Assembly (NCBI GenBank): GCA_965207275.1
Contig: CBDBMH010000002.1
Coordinates: 465,291 to 529,290, forward strand
Direction of reading: 5' to 3'
Length of the DNA stretch: 64,000 bases
From: Dehalococcoidia bacterium
Lineage (GTDB): Bacteria > Chloroflexota > Dehalococcoidia > Lucifugimonadales > UBA3495
The notes below the pieces were generated by a model. That model saw nothing but the letters and a program-made list of their open reading frames with translations. It was not told the origin of the DNA and made no database searches. The position numbers and the translations under genes are program-made. This document shows, piece after piece, positions 51,610 to 59,768 of the stretch. Positions within the stretch are counted from its first letter, which is position 1; each line of letters opens with the position of its first letter.

Positions 51610-52686
51610 ATGCTCGCCTCGCGACGGCAACCGGCCATTGATCAGCTGCCTTCCCCCTTTCCCGAAGGGTGGTACTTCGTCGCCACCCGCGCCGACATCC
51701 GGCGGAAAGGTCTTCTCAGCAAGGTCTGGATGGGAGAGGACATCATCGTTTGGCGCGACGACCTTGGCGAAATCTGCGTAGCCGAGTCCCATTGTCCCCA
51801 CCTGGGAGCCCACCTGGGCCCCGAGGCCGGTGGCCGGGTCTCCGAAGGTCGCCTGGTATGCCCCTTTCACGGCTACCAGTTCGACATCGGCGGCCGGTGC
51901 GTCGCCACCCCTTATGCCGATCCGCCCCGCAACGCTCTCTTACAGGTCTTCGACACCCGGGAAATCAACGGCCTCATCTTCGCCTGGTACGGAATTGACG
52001 GCCGCCCGCCCCAGTGGGAACTCCACCCCGACCGTCCCCAGGCTGAAGGCTGGTCCCGCCCCGCCGTCCGCACCATCCGCTTCCCCGGCCATCCCCAGGA
52101 AACCACCGAAAACTCGGTGGACCTCGCCCACTTCCGCTACGTCCACGGTTACGACAGCTTCGACCGGGTTGGCCGCATCTCGGTGGACGGCGCCCGGCTG
52201 GAAAGCTGCTTCAACTTCAGGTCCGTTCGGAAGCTGGCCGGTTTCAACCTTTTCTCCCTGGACCTTTCCGCCGTCACCCATATCTTTGGTCTCGGCTACT
52301 CCTTCGTGGAAATTCGCGAGCATTCCATTGGCGTAGACTTGCGGCTGTGGGTCCTGGCCACCCCGGTTGACGGTACCCTTGTAGATGTGACCCTCGTCTC
52401 CCAGGTGAGGGAGATCCGCAGCCCCCGGCGCCGACTTATCGGCCTCGGCTTCCTGCCCGTCGGCTGGCGGGCCCCCATGTTCAACAGGTTTATGGCCGCC
52501 CAGCAGACGGGCGACGTTTTGCAGGACGTCGCTATCTGGAGCCGCAAGCGGTACCGTGTCCGTCCCCGCCTCTGTCGTTCCGATGGCGAGATAATGCCCT
52601 TCCGCGCCTATTGTGCCCAGTTCTATCCCGGACCTCAGGCCCAGTCCAGCATCCCTTCCGAAAGCTCGGACCGGGCCCTGCTATGA
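51610..52686 (+). CDS. Rieske [2Fe-2S] non-heme iron oxygenase (PaO/KshA-like)
   Basis: The Rieske motif is 'CPHLGAHL...CPFHGYQF'. 'EGWYFVA' lies near the N-terminus, and the C-terminal catalytic region includes 'ENSVDLAHFRYVH'. ATG 51610 follows GGGAGA. Confidence 0.8.
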   Translation: MLASRRQPAIDQLPSPFPEGWYFVATRADIRRKGLLSKVWMGEDIIVWRDDLGEICVAESHCPHLGAHLGPEAGGRVSEGRLVCPFHGYQFDIGGRCVATPYADPPRNALLQVFDTREINGLIFAWYGIDGRPPQWELHPDRPQAEGWSRPAVRTIRFPGHPQETTENSVDLAHFRYVHGYDSFDRVGRISVDGARLESCFNFRSVRKLAGFNLFSLDLSAVTHIFGLGYSFVEIREHSIGVDLRLWVLATPVDGTLVDVTLVSQVREIRSPRRRLIGLGFLPVGWRAPMFNRFMAAQQTGDVLQDVAIWSRKRYRVRPRLCRSDGEIMPFRAYCAQFYPGPQAQSSIPSESSDRALL

Positions 52687-52774
52687 CGGGTCCCCATAAA
52701 TCCGCTGACAACTCCCTTCCTATTGGCTGGCGAAGGTTTGGACGGAAGTGACGGGGTCAGGTTCCTGACTACAC

Positions 52775-54664
52775 CCCAAATCCACCACCTAATGGGAGAA
52801 AAATGGTTTTGGGGCTCCTTGATTGGGCCGGTTGGGGCATCGGCTGACGGCTGACAGGTTGGCAGTGGGTTGGCGTGGCAGGAGTAGGCGCTGGAAGGGG
52901 ATATTGGGGCGTTGGCCGGCGACGCCAGGGCGAGGTCTATGCCAACCGGTCCTGGAGAAGGGCGCAGTGTCCCTACGGCGGGAGTCCCCGTCGCTTGAAT
53001 GCCCGTCGGTAGTGGCGCAGACCGTCCCAGGTCAGGGTGGGCCGTGGGCCAGCGCCGCTATTCTCCGGTGCGCTCCCGCCAGCAGCGGGAAGGATGGATG
53101 GCCCCGGGCCAGCCGGATCAGCAGCTTCCTGGCGTGGCAGACCACCCGTCCGGCCAGATTGATCAGAGCAAAGCGCACCGCCTTGAGCCGCTTGTTCACC
53201 CACTGACCGCCCAGGGCCAACTGCTTGACCGCCGAGTTCAGGTTGAACGCCAGCGCCGCTATCGCCCACCAGGCCGCGTTGGCCCCGAACTGTCCCGACG
53301 GCAGCCTCCCGCCAGCCAAGTCCTCCTTCAGCACACCATGCACCTCCTCGCCCTTCCCGCATCTCTCCCGGTACCACCGCACCACCTCATCTCCCGGTAG
53401 CTCCCGGTTAGTCACTATCCCCCGGATCTTGTACCAGCCCCGGTCCGGCATCTCCATCGCCGGAACCGACAACTCCAGGTCATCCTCCATGCCCGGCAGC
53501 GGCGGCCGCCTCAGCGGCTCCCGGACCGCTATGAAACGGTAGTCGGGATCATTCTTGGAATAAGCCAATCTATCGGGCACGAAGTCCACCTCGGCCCACT
53601 CCTGTTCCGTCTCCACCGCCAACTCCCCCACCATCCGGGGCAACCGGCGCCACTGGCTCTCCTCCACTTCGGCTGCCGCACGCTTGAACCCCTCCGTGAC
53701 GTCCGCCCCCACCGCGAATTCGATCACTCCGAACCGCTCATCCCTCCCCTCGGCGCAGTACCGCAACAACTCAACTTGGTACCCCGCCGTGTCCGACCGC
53801 AGCATCACCTTCACCACGCCCTCCGGCAGATGGGCCAGCGACTCCCGCAACACCCGCAGTTGCTCGAACCCCGCTGGCACGTTGCCGTCCCGGAACTCCG
53901 AATGGACCACCAGGTCCGCCTCGGCCCAGTAGGTGACCATCGGCTGGTAGGCCTTGTAGCCCTGGTAGCAGTACAGCGCCTCCTGCTTGTAGGTCTCGAT
54001 CAGCGTCGCGTCCATGTCCAGCGTCGCCTGCTCCTGCTCCAGGTGGTCCCGGACGAAGCTCATCATCTCGGCGTTGACCTTCCCCAGCCCGCGCAGCGCG
54101 CCGCTGGGCGCGGGTATGTACGCCGTATGGGGCTGCCTGGCCTCCTCCTGAACCGGGTCGTGGAACCGGCCCAGGTACCGGAACACCGCCGACGGAGACG
54201 GGACGCTGCGGCGCCGCCCGCCCCGCCACCGGCTGCCCTCCTCCCGGCGCTCACAAGCCCGCTGCCGGTGCGTCTCCACCCGGCCCAACATCCGGCCCAG
54301 ACCCTCGTCCCCTTCCAGCACCCGGAGGTCGTCCACTCCTTCTCCACCGGCCAGATTCAGCAGCACCAGCGCGGTGACCATCTGCCGGTCCGTCCATCCC
54401 TGTCCGCCCTCCTTGACCTTCACGTAGCGCCGGATCGACTCGCCCAGCCCCATCGCATCGGCCATTTCCAGATAGACCGCCAACCCCGACAGCCCCGTCA
54501 TGCCCCCCGCGCGATGCTCCGTCCCATACTGGAATGGCAGGACTCCCTGTTGCATAATGACTGCACCTCGTTGGTGATGGTTGTGTTTGTCCCGTAACCA
54601 TCATAGCCAGCTTTGCCGCTGGCTCCAACGAGGTCTTTTCCTCCCATTAGGTGGTGGATTTGGG
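52775..54664 (-). mobile_element. IS1380-family insertion sequence (1890 bp)
   Basis: 24-bp perfect terminal IRs: CCCAAATCCACCACCTAATGGGAG at 52775-52798 and its reverse complement at 54641-54664. It is flanked by the 5-bp direct repeat TACAC (52770-52774 and 54665-54669). It has a single transposase ORF. Confidence 0.9.
53032..54555 (-). CDS. IS1380-family DDE transposase
   Basis: 507-aa ORF with N-terminus 'MQQGVLPFQYGTEHRAGGMTGLSGLAVYLE' and 'LDMDATLIETYKQEALYCYQGYKAYQP', typical of IS1380 transposases. Confidence 0.85.
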   Translation of the reverse strand: MQQGVLPFQYGTEHRAGGMTGLSGLAVYLEMADAMGLGESIRRYVKVKEGGQGWTDRQMVTALVLLNLAGGEGVDDLRVLEGDEGLGRMLGRVETHRQRACERREEGSRWRGGRRRSVPSPSAVFRYLGRFHDPVQEEARQPHTAYIPAPSGALRGLGKVNAEMMSFVRDHLEQEQATLDMDATLIETYKQEALYCYQGYKAYQPMVTYWAEADLVVHSEFRDGNVPAGFEQLRVLRESLAHLPEGVVKVMLRSDTAGYQVELLRYCAEGRDERFGVIEFAVGADVTEGFKRAAAEVEESQWRRLPRMVGELAVETEQEWAEVDFVPDRLAYSKNDPDYRFIAVREPLRRPPLPGMEDDLELSVPAMEMPDRGWYKIRGIVTNRELPGDEVVRWYRERCGKGEEVHGVLKEDLAGGRLPSGQFGANAAWWAIAALAFNLNSAVKQLALGGQWVNKRLKAVRFALINLAGRVVCHARKLLIRLARGHPSFPLLAGAHRRIAALAHGPP

Positions 54665-54832
54665 TACACCCTTTTGCCTTGTATCCTGAATGGGGATTGT
54701 TGTATAGTCCCGAATTACTCGTTCAGAGGTTCCCAGGATGAAGTGGGCGTTTTGGCGAAGATCAACTGACCCATGTATCCTTCAACTAACATTCCATCAA
54801 CTCTCAGTTGACCTAAAGGGGGACTCTTCACT

Positions 54833-57310
54833 TTGGACCGAACACTCACTTTCCTCGCCCGGCTGGTTACGGCCCGCCCCTGGCTGACCCTTCTGGCCCT
54901 CCTGGTCGTTACCGTCGCACTGGGCTATGGCGCCGTTCACCGCGCTCCCCCGCCGGAAACCAGGGCCACCCTGCCCCAGGGCAGCGCCGTCGCCGAGGCG
55001 TTGCACGATATAGAAGATCTATTTACTGAAACCGGCGAAGCCAGCGTCGTAACCCTTCTCTTCCGGGGCAACGCCCTCACCCCCGCCGGCCTTGCCCAGA
55101 TGGACTCCCTGGTCGCCGAAATCGCCGCCGAACCCAGCGTGGCCGAACTGTTGGCGCCGGGCGACCCGGTCATAGCCCCTTCCCATCTGGTCATGGCCCT
55201 GCTCCAGGTCCCCAACTTTGATTCCGTCTCCCAGGCCGACATAGACAACCTCCAGGGTCCCCCGGAAATCCTGGGCGCCATCGACGCCATGACCGGTGAA
55301 GATTCCGACGGCACGCCCGTCGCCATCGCCACCATCCGTGTCCTTAATACGGGCGACGACCGCGTCAAGATCGCCGAGCGTCGCATCCTCGCCCTCGCCC
55401 AGGCCGACCAGGGGCCGCTCGAGGTGAGCAGCGTTTCCCGCATCGTAATCGAGGACGAGTACGTTAGGGCCACCGAGGAGGGAATGGCTCCCCTGGTTGG
55501 GCTGGCCTTCCTGCTCATCGCCGCCCTCATCCTCCTCTTCATGCGCACCATCTCCGACCTGCTCCTGACCATCTTCGGTCTGCTCATGTCCATCATCTGG
55601 ATAGTCGGGGCGGAGGGTTGGCTTGGTCCCAACGCCCTCGGCCTCACCGGCCCGCCCAACTCCCTCACTACCATGGTGCCCATCATCATCATTGGCCTGA
55701 CCGTGGACTACGCCATCCAGATAGTCTCCCACTACCGGGAGCAGCGCAACGCCGGCGAGAACGTTCTGTCCGCCGTCCGCGCCGGTTTCCGCAATGTAGC
55801 CGTTCCCCTGGTGTTGGCCGCCATCACTACCATCGTCAGCCTGCTGGCCAGCCTCTTTTCCCCCATCGAAATCGTAGGCGACTTTGGCATCATCGCCGGC
55901 CTGGGCGTGGGAATGAGCCTCATCGTCATGCTGACTTTGGTGCCGGCCGGCCGCACCATCATCGACCGCCGCCGCGAGGCCCGGGGCCGGCTGAACCCGC
56001 CCCGTCCCATTGCCAACGCCCTGCCCGGCGTCAGCGGCCTGGCCGGCCTGCTGGGTCGCAGCATTACCCGCGCTCCGGGACCCTACCTCATTGGGGTGCT
56101 GGTAGTTACCGCCGCCCTGGGATACGCCGCCACCGACCTTGAATCCGAGTTCAGTATCCGCGACATCCTGCCCCGGGGCGGCGACCTGCTGGCCGATATG
56201 AACACCCTCGATGTGTCCGTCGGCGGTTCCACCGAGATGGCCACCGTGCTGCTGAGGGCGGAGGTAACCGAGGCCCGAACCCTCCTGAATATTCAGGACC
56301 TTACCGACGCATTCCTGGACGAACGCCGCCGTCCGGCCGCTGCGGCCGGCCCCATCCAAGCCTCCTTTGACCTCGTGCTGCGGGACTGGGTGGATGACAG
56401 CGGCGCCCCCGGCGACAATTTTGACCCCGACCTGGCGGCCCTCTTCGGGCAGGCCACCGCCGGGGTGCAGGTCGATCCGGTGCTGATGCAGGAATTCATC
56501 GACCGGCTGGAAGCCAGCGACCCCTCGGTAAGGCGCCTGTTGATCAACGACCCCCAGGGCATCGACGTCATGCTGGTCCAGTTCCCCACCTACTCCGGCG
56601 ACCCCGCCCTCACCAAGCTTATCCAGTCCGATATTGAGGGTCTCTGGTTTGGGGATGACGATGCCATCACCGCCACCTCCGAAAGCATCATTTCCGTGAC
56701 CGTTACCGACTCCATCACCGAGCGGCAGACCGAGGCCATCACCACCACCATCCTGGCCGCTCTTACCGTCCTGGCCGTCTTCTTCTGGGTCACCGTGCGC
56801 CAGCCGGCCCTGGCCGTAATCGCCGTGGGCCCCATCGTGCTGGTGTTGATCTCCGTCCTGGGCACCATGGCCCTCCTGGGCATTCCCTATACCATCATCA
56901 CCTCCATCATCACCGCCCTTTCCATCGGCATCGGCGTTGACTACACTATCCACATGATCCACCGCTACCGGGAGGAGTATTCCGTCGAGCGCGACCCGGA
57001 GCAGGCCGCCGTCCGTACCCTGGCCACCACCGGCTCCGCCCTGCTGGGGTCCGCCCTGACCACCGCCCTGGGTCTTGGCGTGCTGGTGGCCTCCCCCCTG
57101 GCCGCGTCCCAGCAGTTCGGCTTTACCGCGGCCATCACCATCGCCTACTCCCTCATAGTCTCCATTCTGGTCGTCCCGGCCGCCATGACCTTCTGGGGCG
57201 CCTACCAGAACATGAAGCTGCGTTCCAACGTCCGGCGTTGGGCCGAGGAACTGGACATGGAGATTGAAGCCGTCCACCGTCGCCACGAGCTTGACTCGGA
57301 AGCAACGTAA
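54833..57310 (+). CDS. MMPL/RND-superfamily lipid exporter (HpnN-like architecture)
   Basis: 825-aa ORF with two blocks of about 6 TM segments, each preceded by a large extracytoplasmic loop. The duplicated motifs are 'GLTVDYAIQIVSHYREQ' and 'GIGVDYTIHMIHRYREE'. The start is TTG. Confidence 0.8.
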   Translation: MDRTLTFLARLVTARPWLTLLALLVVTVALGYGAVHRAPPPETRATLPQGSAVAEALHDIEDLFTETGEASVVTLLFRGNALTPAGLAQMDSLVAEIAAEPSVAELLAPGDPVIAPSHLVMALLQVPNFDSVSQADIDNLQGPPEILGAIDAMTGEDSDGTPVAIATIRVLNTGDDRVKIAERRILALAQADQGPLEVSSVSRIVIEDEYVRATEEGMAPLVGLAFLLIAALILLFMRTISDLLLTIFGLLMSIIWIVGAEGWLGPNALGLTGPPNSLTTMVPIIIIGLTVDYAIQIVSHYREQRNAGENVLSAVRAGFRNVAVPLVLAAITTIVSLLASLFSPIEIVGDFGIIAGLGVGMSLIVMLTLVPAGRTIIDRRREARGRLNPPRPIANALPGVSGLAGLLGRSITRAPGPYLIGVLVVTAALGYAATDLESEFSIRDILPRGGDLLADMNTLDVSVGGSTEMATVLLRAEVTEARTLLNIQDLTDAFLDERRRPAAAAGPIQASFDLVLRDWVDDSGAPGDNFDPDLAALFGQATAGVQVDPVLMQEFIDRLEASDPSVRRLLINDPQGIDVMLVQFPTYSGDPALTKLIQSDIEGLWFGDDDAITATSESIISVTVTDSITERQTEAITTTILAALTVLAVFFWVTVRQPALAVIAVGPIVLVLISVLGTMALLGIPYTIITSIITALSIGIGVDYTIHMIHRYREEYSVERDPEQAAVRTLATTGSALLGSALTTALGLGVLVASPLAASQQFGFTAAITIAYSLIVSILVVPAAMTFWGAYQNMKLRSNVRRWAEELDMEIEAVHRRHELDSEAT

Positions 57311-57322
57311 AAAAGAAACGTT

Positions 57323-58360
57323 ATGCGACTACGTAAACTATCCAGAGGGCTGAAGGACGCGTACCGGGGTTCGGACGCTCGCCCTCGCGTGAAGCGCTTT
57401 GACGGATGGGAGGAAAGGGCGGCGGAGGATAATCCCGACCCGGCCGCCTACGATCATGCCGATACCGTCAAGGAATACTACGACCTCTGCACCGAGTTCA
57501 TGGAGTTTGGTTGGGGCGAAAGCTTGCACTTCGCCCCCCTGTCGCCCGGGGAGAGCCTGGAGGACGCCAAGGTCCGGCACCAGCGGCTGATGATTGCCAG
57601 GCTGGAGTTGCGACCGGGCATGAAGGTGATCGATGTTGGTTGCGGAGTCGGTGGCCCCATGCGTCGCGTCGTTCGGGAGTCCGGCGCCAGCGTCCTGGGG
57701 GTCAATAGCAGCCAGGTCCAGTTGGAGAAGGCTAAATCGCTGAATAATGCCGCCGGGATTGGCCGCCTGGTTGACTATCTCTCCTGCAGCTTCATGGACA
57801 TGGGCGCCATACCGGACAACACCTTCGACCGGGGTTACGCCATCGAGTCCACCTGCCATGCGCCCGACAAGGCCGGAGCATTCGCCGAGATTTATCGTGT
57901 GCTGAAACCCGGGGCCCTGTTCTGGGGCCAGGAAATGTGCCTGACCGATAAGTTCAACCCCAGCGACCGCCGCCACTGCGCCATTAGACGGGACCTGATG
58001 CATGGCATCGCCCTCCAGGACATCGCCACCGGGGACGAGGTGGACCGGACCCTCGAAAGGGTTGGATTTCAAGTCATTGAAGGGAAGGACTTGGCCGCCT
58101 TGGACGGGGAACGGACCACGCCATGGTTTCAGCCCATGGCGACCCGGCGCGGAACGCTGGGCAACGCCATTTACCGCACTCCCCTGGGCCGCAAGCTGCT
58201 GCTGGGGACAGTCAGGCTGTCAGAGGTGCTGGGAATGTTCCCGAAAGGCTCCACAGATGTTGCTGGACTGCTGGACAATACCGCCGAGGCATACGTCGCC
58301 GCTGGCCGGGCCGGCATCTTTACGCCCCTCTACTGTTTCCTGGCCCGCAAACCGGAGTAA
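57323..58360 (+). CDS. sterol 24-C-methyltransferase-like (ERG6/SMT family) SAM-dependent methyltransferase
   Basis: 'VKEYYDLCTEFMEFGWGESLHFAP' (compare SMT region 'YYDLxTDxYEYGWGxSFHF'), SAM motif 'KVIDVGCGVGGPMR', 'AIESTCHAPD', 'IYRVLKPGA', and a C-terminal extension of the kind seen in sterol MTs. Confidence 0.65.
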   Translation: MRLRKLSRGLKDAYRGSDARPRVKRFDGWEERAAEDNPDPAAYDHADTVKEYYDLCTEFMEFGWGESLHFAPLSPGESLEDAKVRHQRLMIARLELRPGMKVIDVGCGVGGPMRRVVRESGASVLGVNSSQVQLEKAKSLNNAAGIGRLVDYLSCSFMDMGAIPDNTFDRGYAIESTCHAPDKAGAFAEIYRVLKPGALFWGQEMCLTDKFNPSDRRHCAIRRDLMHGIALQDIATGDEVDRTLERVGFQVIEGKDLAALDGERTTPWFQPMATRRGTLGNAIYRTPLGRKLLLGTVRLSEVLGMFPKGSTDVAGLLDNTAEAYVAAGRAGIFTPLYCFLARKPE

Positions 58361-58428
58361 CCGGCCCCTGCAGGGCAATCGCATTACGGACTTGAGATAC
58401 AGCCGGCATATGTTCCCAGGCCGGATGT

Positions 58429-58468
58429 CATGTCGCCCTGAGCCTGCCGAAGGGCCTGAAGTCTTGCC
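58429..58468 (+). repeat. family-2 repeat copy
   Basis: CATGTCGCCCTGAGCCTGCCGAAGGGCCTGAAGTCTTGCC. Confidence 0.8.
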
Positions 58469-58778
58469 ACTCAGCACCCTTACGGGTCCGAATGCTTGAC
58501 TGTGTGATGGAGTTTACCCGCCGCCGCAGGTTCGGTCCGCCGCGGCGGACTCTGCAAGACATTTTCTTATAATGCGATTGCCCTGGCGGCCTCTGAAATC
58601 TACCGGTAGCAATCCAAATTTGGTATTACAGTTCTGCGACACCGTAGTAGCGGGTAGCGGTAACATCCAGGTGGTTGAAGCTGGCAACGGCGGGACTCAA
58701 TCCCACCCCTCGGTTCGTTCCCTGGCGCCCTTTGTCTTTCGGCCTCGGCAGATCAGAACTTGGAAACTATCTCATAAG

Positions 58779-58808
58779 CCCCTTCCCTCTTGATCGGGGA
58801 AGGCCGCC
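58779..58808 (+). repeat. family-1 repeat, 5' part only
   Basis: CCCCTTCCCTCTTGATCGGGGAAGGCCGCC. The matching 3' part GGGAAGGCCAGGATGGGGGTGAAAACC is at 59576-59602, on the other side of the AT-richer gene. Confidence 0.6.
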
Positions 58809-58865
58809 TTTGCATTGAATCGCTTTGATTAGGCCGACTTATGAGCCGGAATGAGGGATTATGAT

Positions 58866-59522
58866 TCAGCCCTGTTTCTTGAACAGGTACATTGCTGCTG
58901 AGTCGGTAGGTTGAAACCTTGCCCGACTGGGGGATTTGCATAAGTCGGACTCCACCATTGCCAGCGTTAACGATACTCCCCGTGCCGTTTTGAAGTATGA
59001 GGACAATTCAGATTCAGAAGTCGTCATATCGAGGCTTTCGACCTTGAATGCACCCACAAGAAGGAAGTCTGAGTCAACATAGGCGCGGCGAGCGTCATTA
59101 TGGCCGTCATTCACAAGCAGGTTTCCGCCGGAGACAAGGAAACGTTTGCAAGCTTGGGAAATAAGCCCCGCGTTTAAGGATATGAGCAAATCAAAGGATT
59201 CCTCTGGCTCTGCATTAAAGGCGTGATAGTCCTGCTGATAACAGGAAATGTCAGAAGATTCCGGGTATATTTTGTGTCTGGCTACGTACTCCCGTAAGTC
59301 GGTGTCTGCCACCATTTCGGCAATACCGGAGAGGGCATCCACGTAAATGACGTGGGGAAAGAAAATAGAAGGTGTAATATGAACGTAGCTACCGGGATAA
59401 AGAACCTTTCTAACAGCGAATTCCTGGCTTATCTGTGACAGTACAGGATAAAGGTCAACACTGTTGGCAGGATTCGTCCGGTAAGTGGACATATAAATGT
59501 CCAGCGGCCTGATTGACGACAT
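58866..59522 (-). CDS. hypothetical protein (possibly a Rossmann/methyltransferase-like fold)
   Basis: 218-aa ORF in a visibly AT-richer segment. 'KVLYPGSYVH', 'FDLLISLNAG' and 'GGNLLVND' loosely resemble class I MTase motifs I, II and IV. Confidence 0.5.
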   Translation of the reverse strand: MSSIRPLDIYMSTYRTNPANSVDLYPVLSQISQEFAVRKVLYPGSYVHITPSIFFPHVIYVDALSGIAEMVADTDLREYVARHKIYPESSDISCYQQDYHAFNAEPEESFDLLISLNAGLISQACKRFLVSGGNLLVNDGHNDARRAYVDSDFLLVGAFKVESLDMTTSESELSSYFKTARGVSLTLAMVESDLCKSPSRARFQPTDSAAMYLFKKQG

Positions 59523-59575
59523 TAAGAATTGACCTGCGCTGCCTACAATTCAGGAGGCCTTTTTGTGCAAAGCCT

Positions 59576-59602
59576 GGGAAGGCCAGGATGGGGGTGAAAA
59601 CC
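59576..59602 (+). repeat. family-1 repeat, 3' part only
   Basis: GGGAAGGCCAGGATGGGGGTGAAAACC. Confidence 0.6.
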
Positions 59603-59640
59603 TACCCAACAATGACCTCGTACATAACTGCCCCATCCAT

Positions 59641-59682
59641 CGGCCGTCTTGAGTCGGCCGTCTTGAGTCGGCCGTCTTGAGA
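59641..59682. repeat. 3 x 14-bp direct tandem repeat (CGGCCGTCTTGAGT)
   Basis: CGGCCGTCTTGAGT CGGCCGTCTTGAGT CGGCCGTCTTGAGA, about 120 bp upstream of the minus-strand start at 59522. Confidence 0.85.
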
Positions 59683-59768
59683 TAGTTCCTTAACCCCTCG
59701 ATTTCATAATCGGCTCTGGGGAGAATGCCTGACCGTAGCTCCTGGGAGGGCAAACTCCGACCAATCCA

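Noticed and set aside
59641-59682. Possible miniature CRISPR array.
   Set aside because: There are only three directly abutting 14-bp units with no spacers, so it is a simple tandem repeat.
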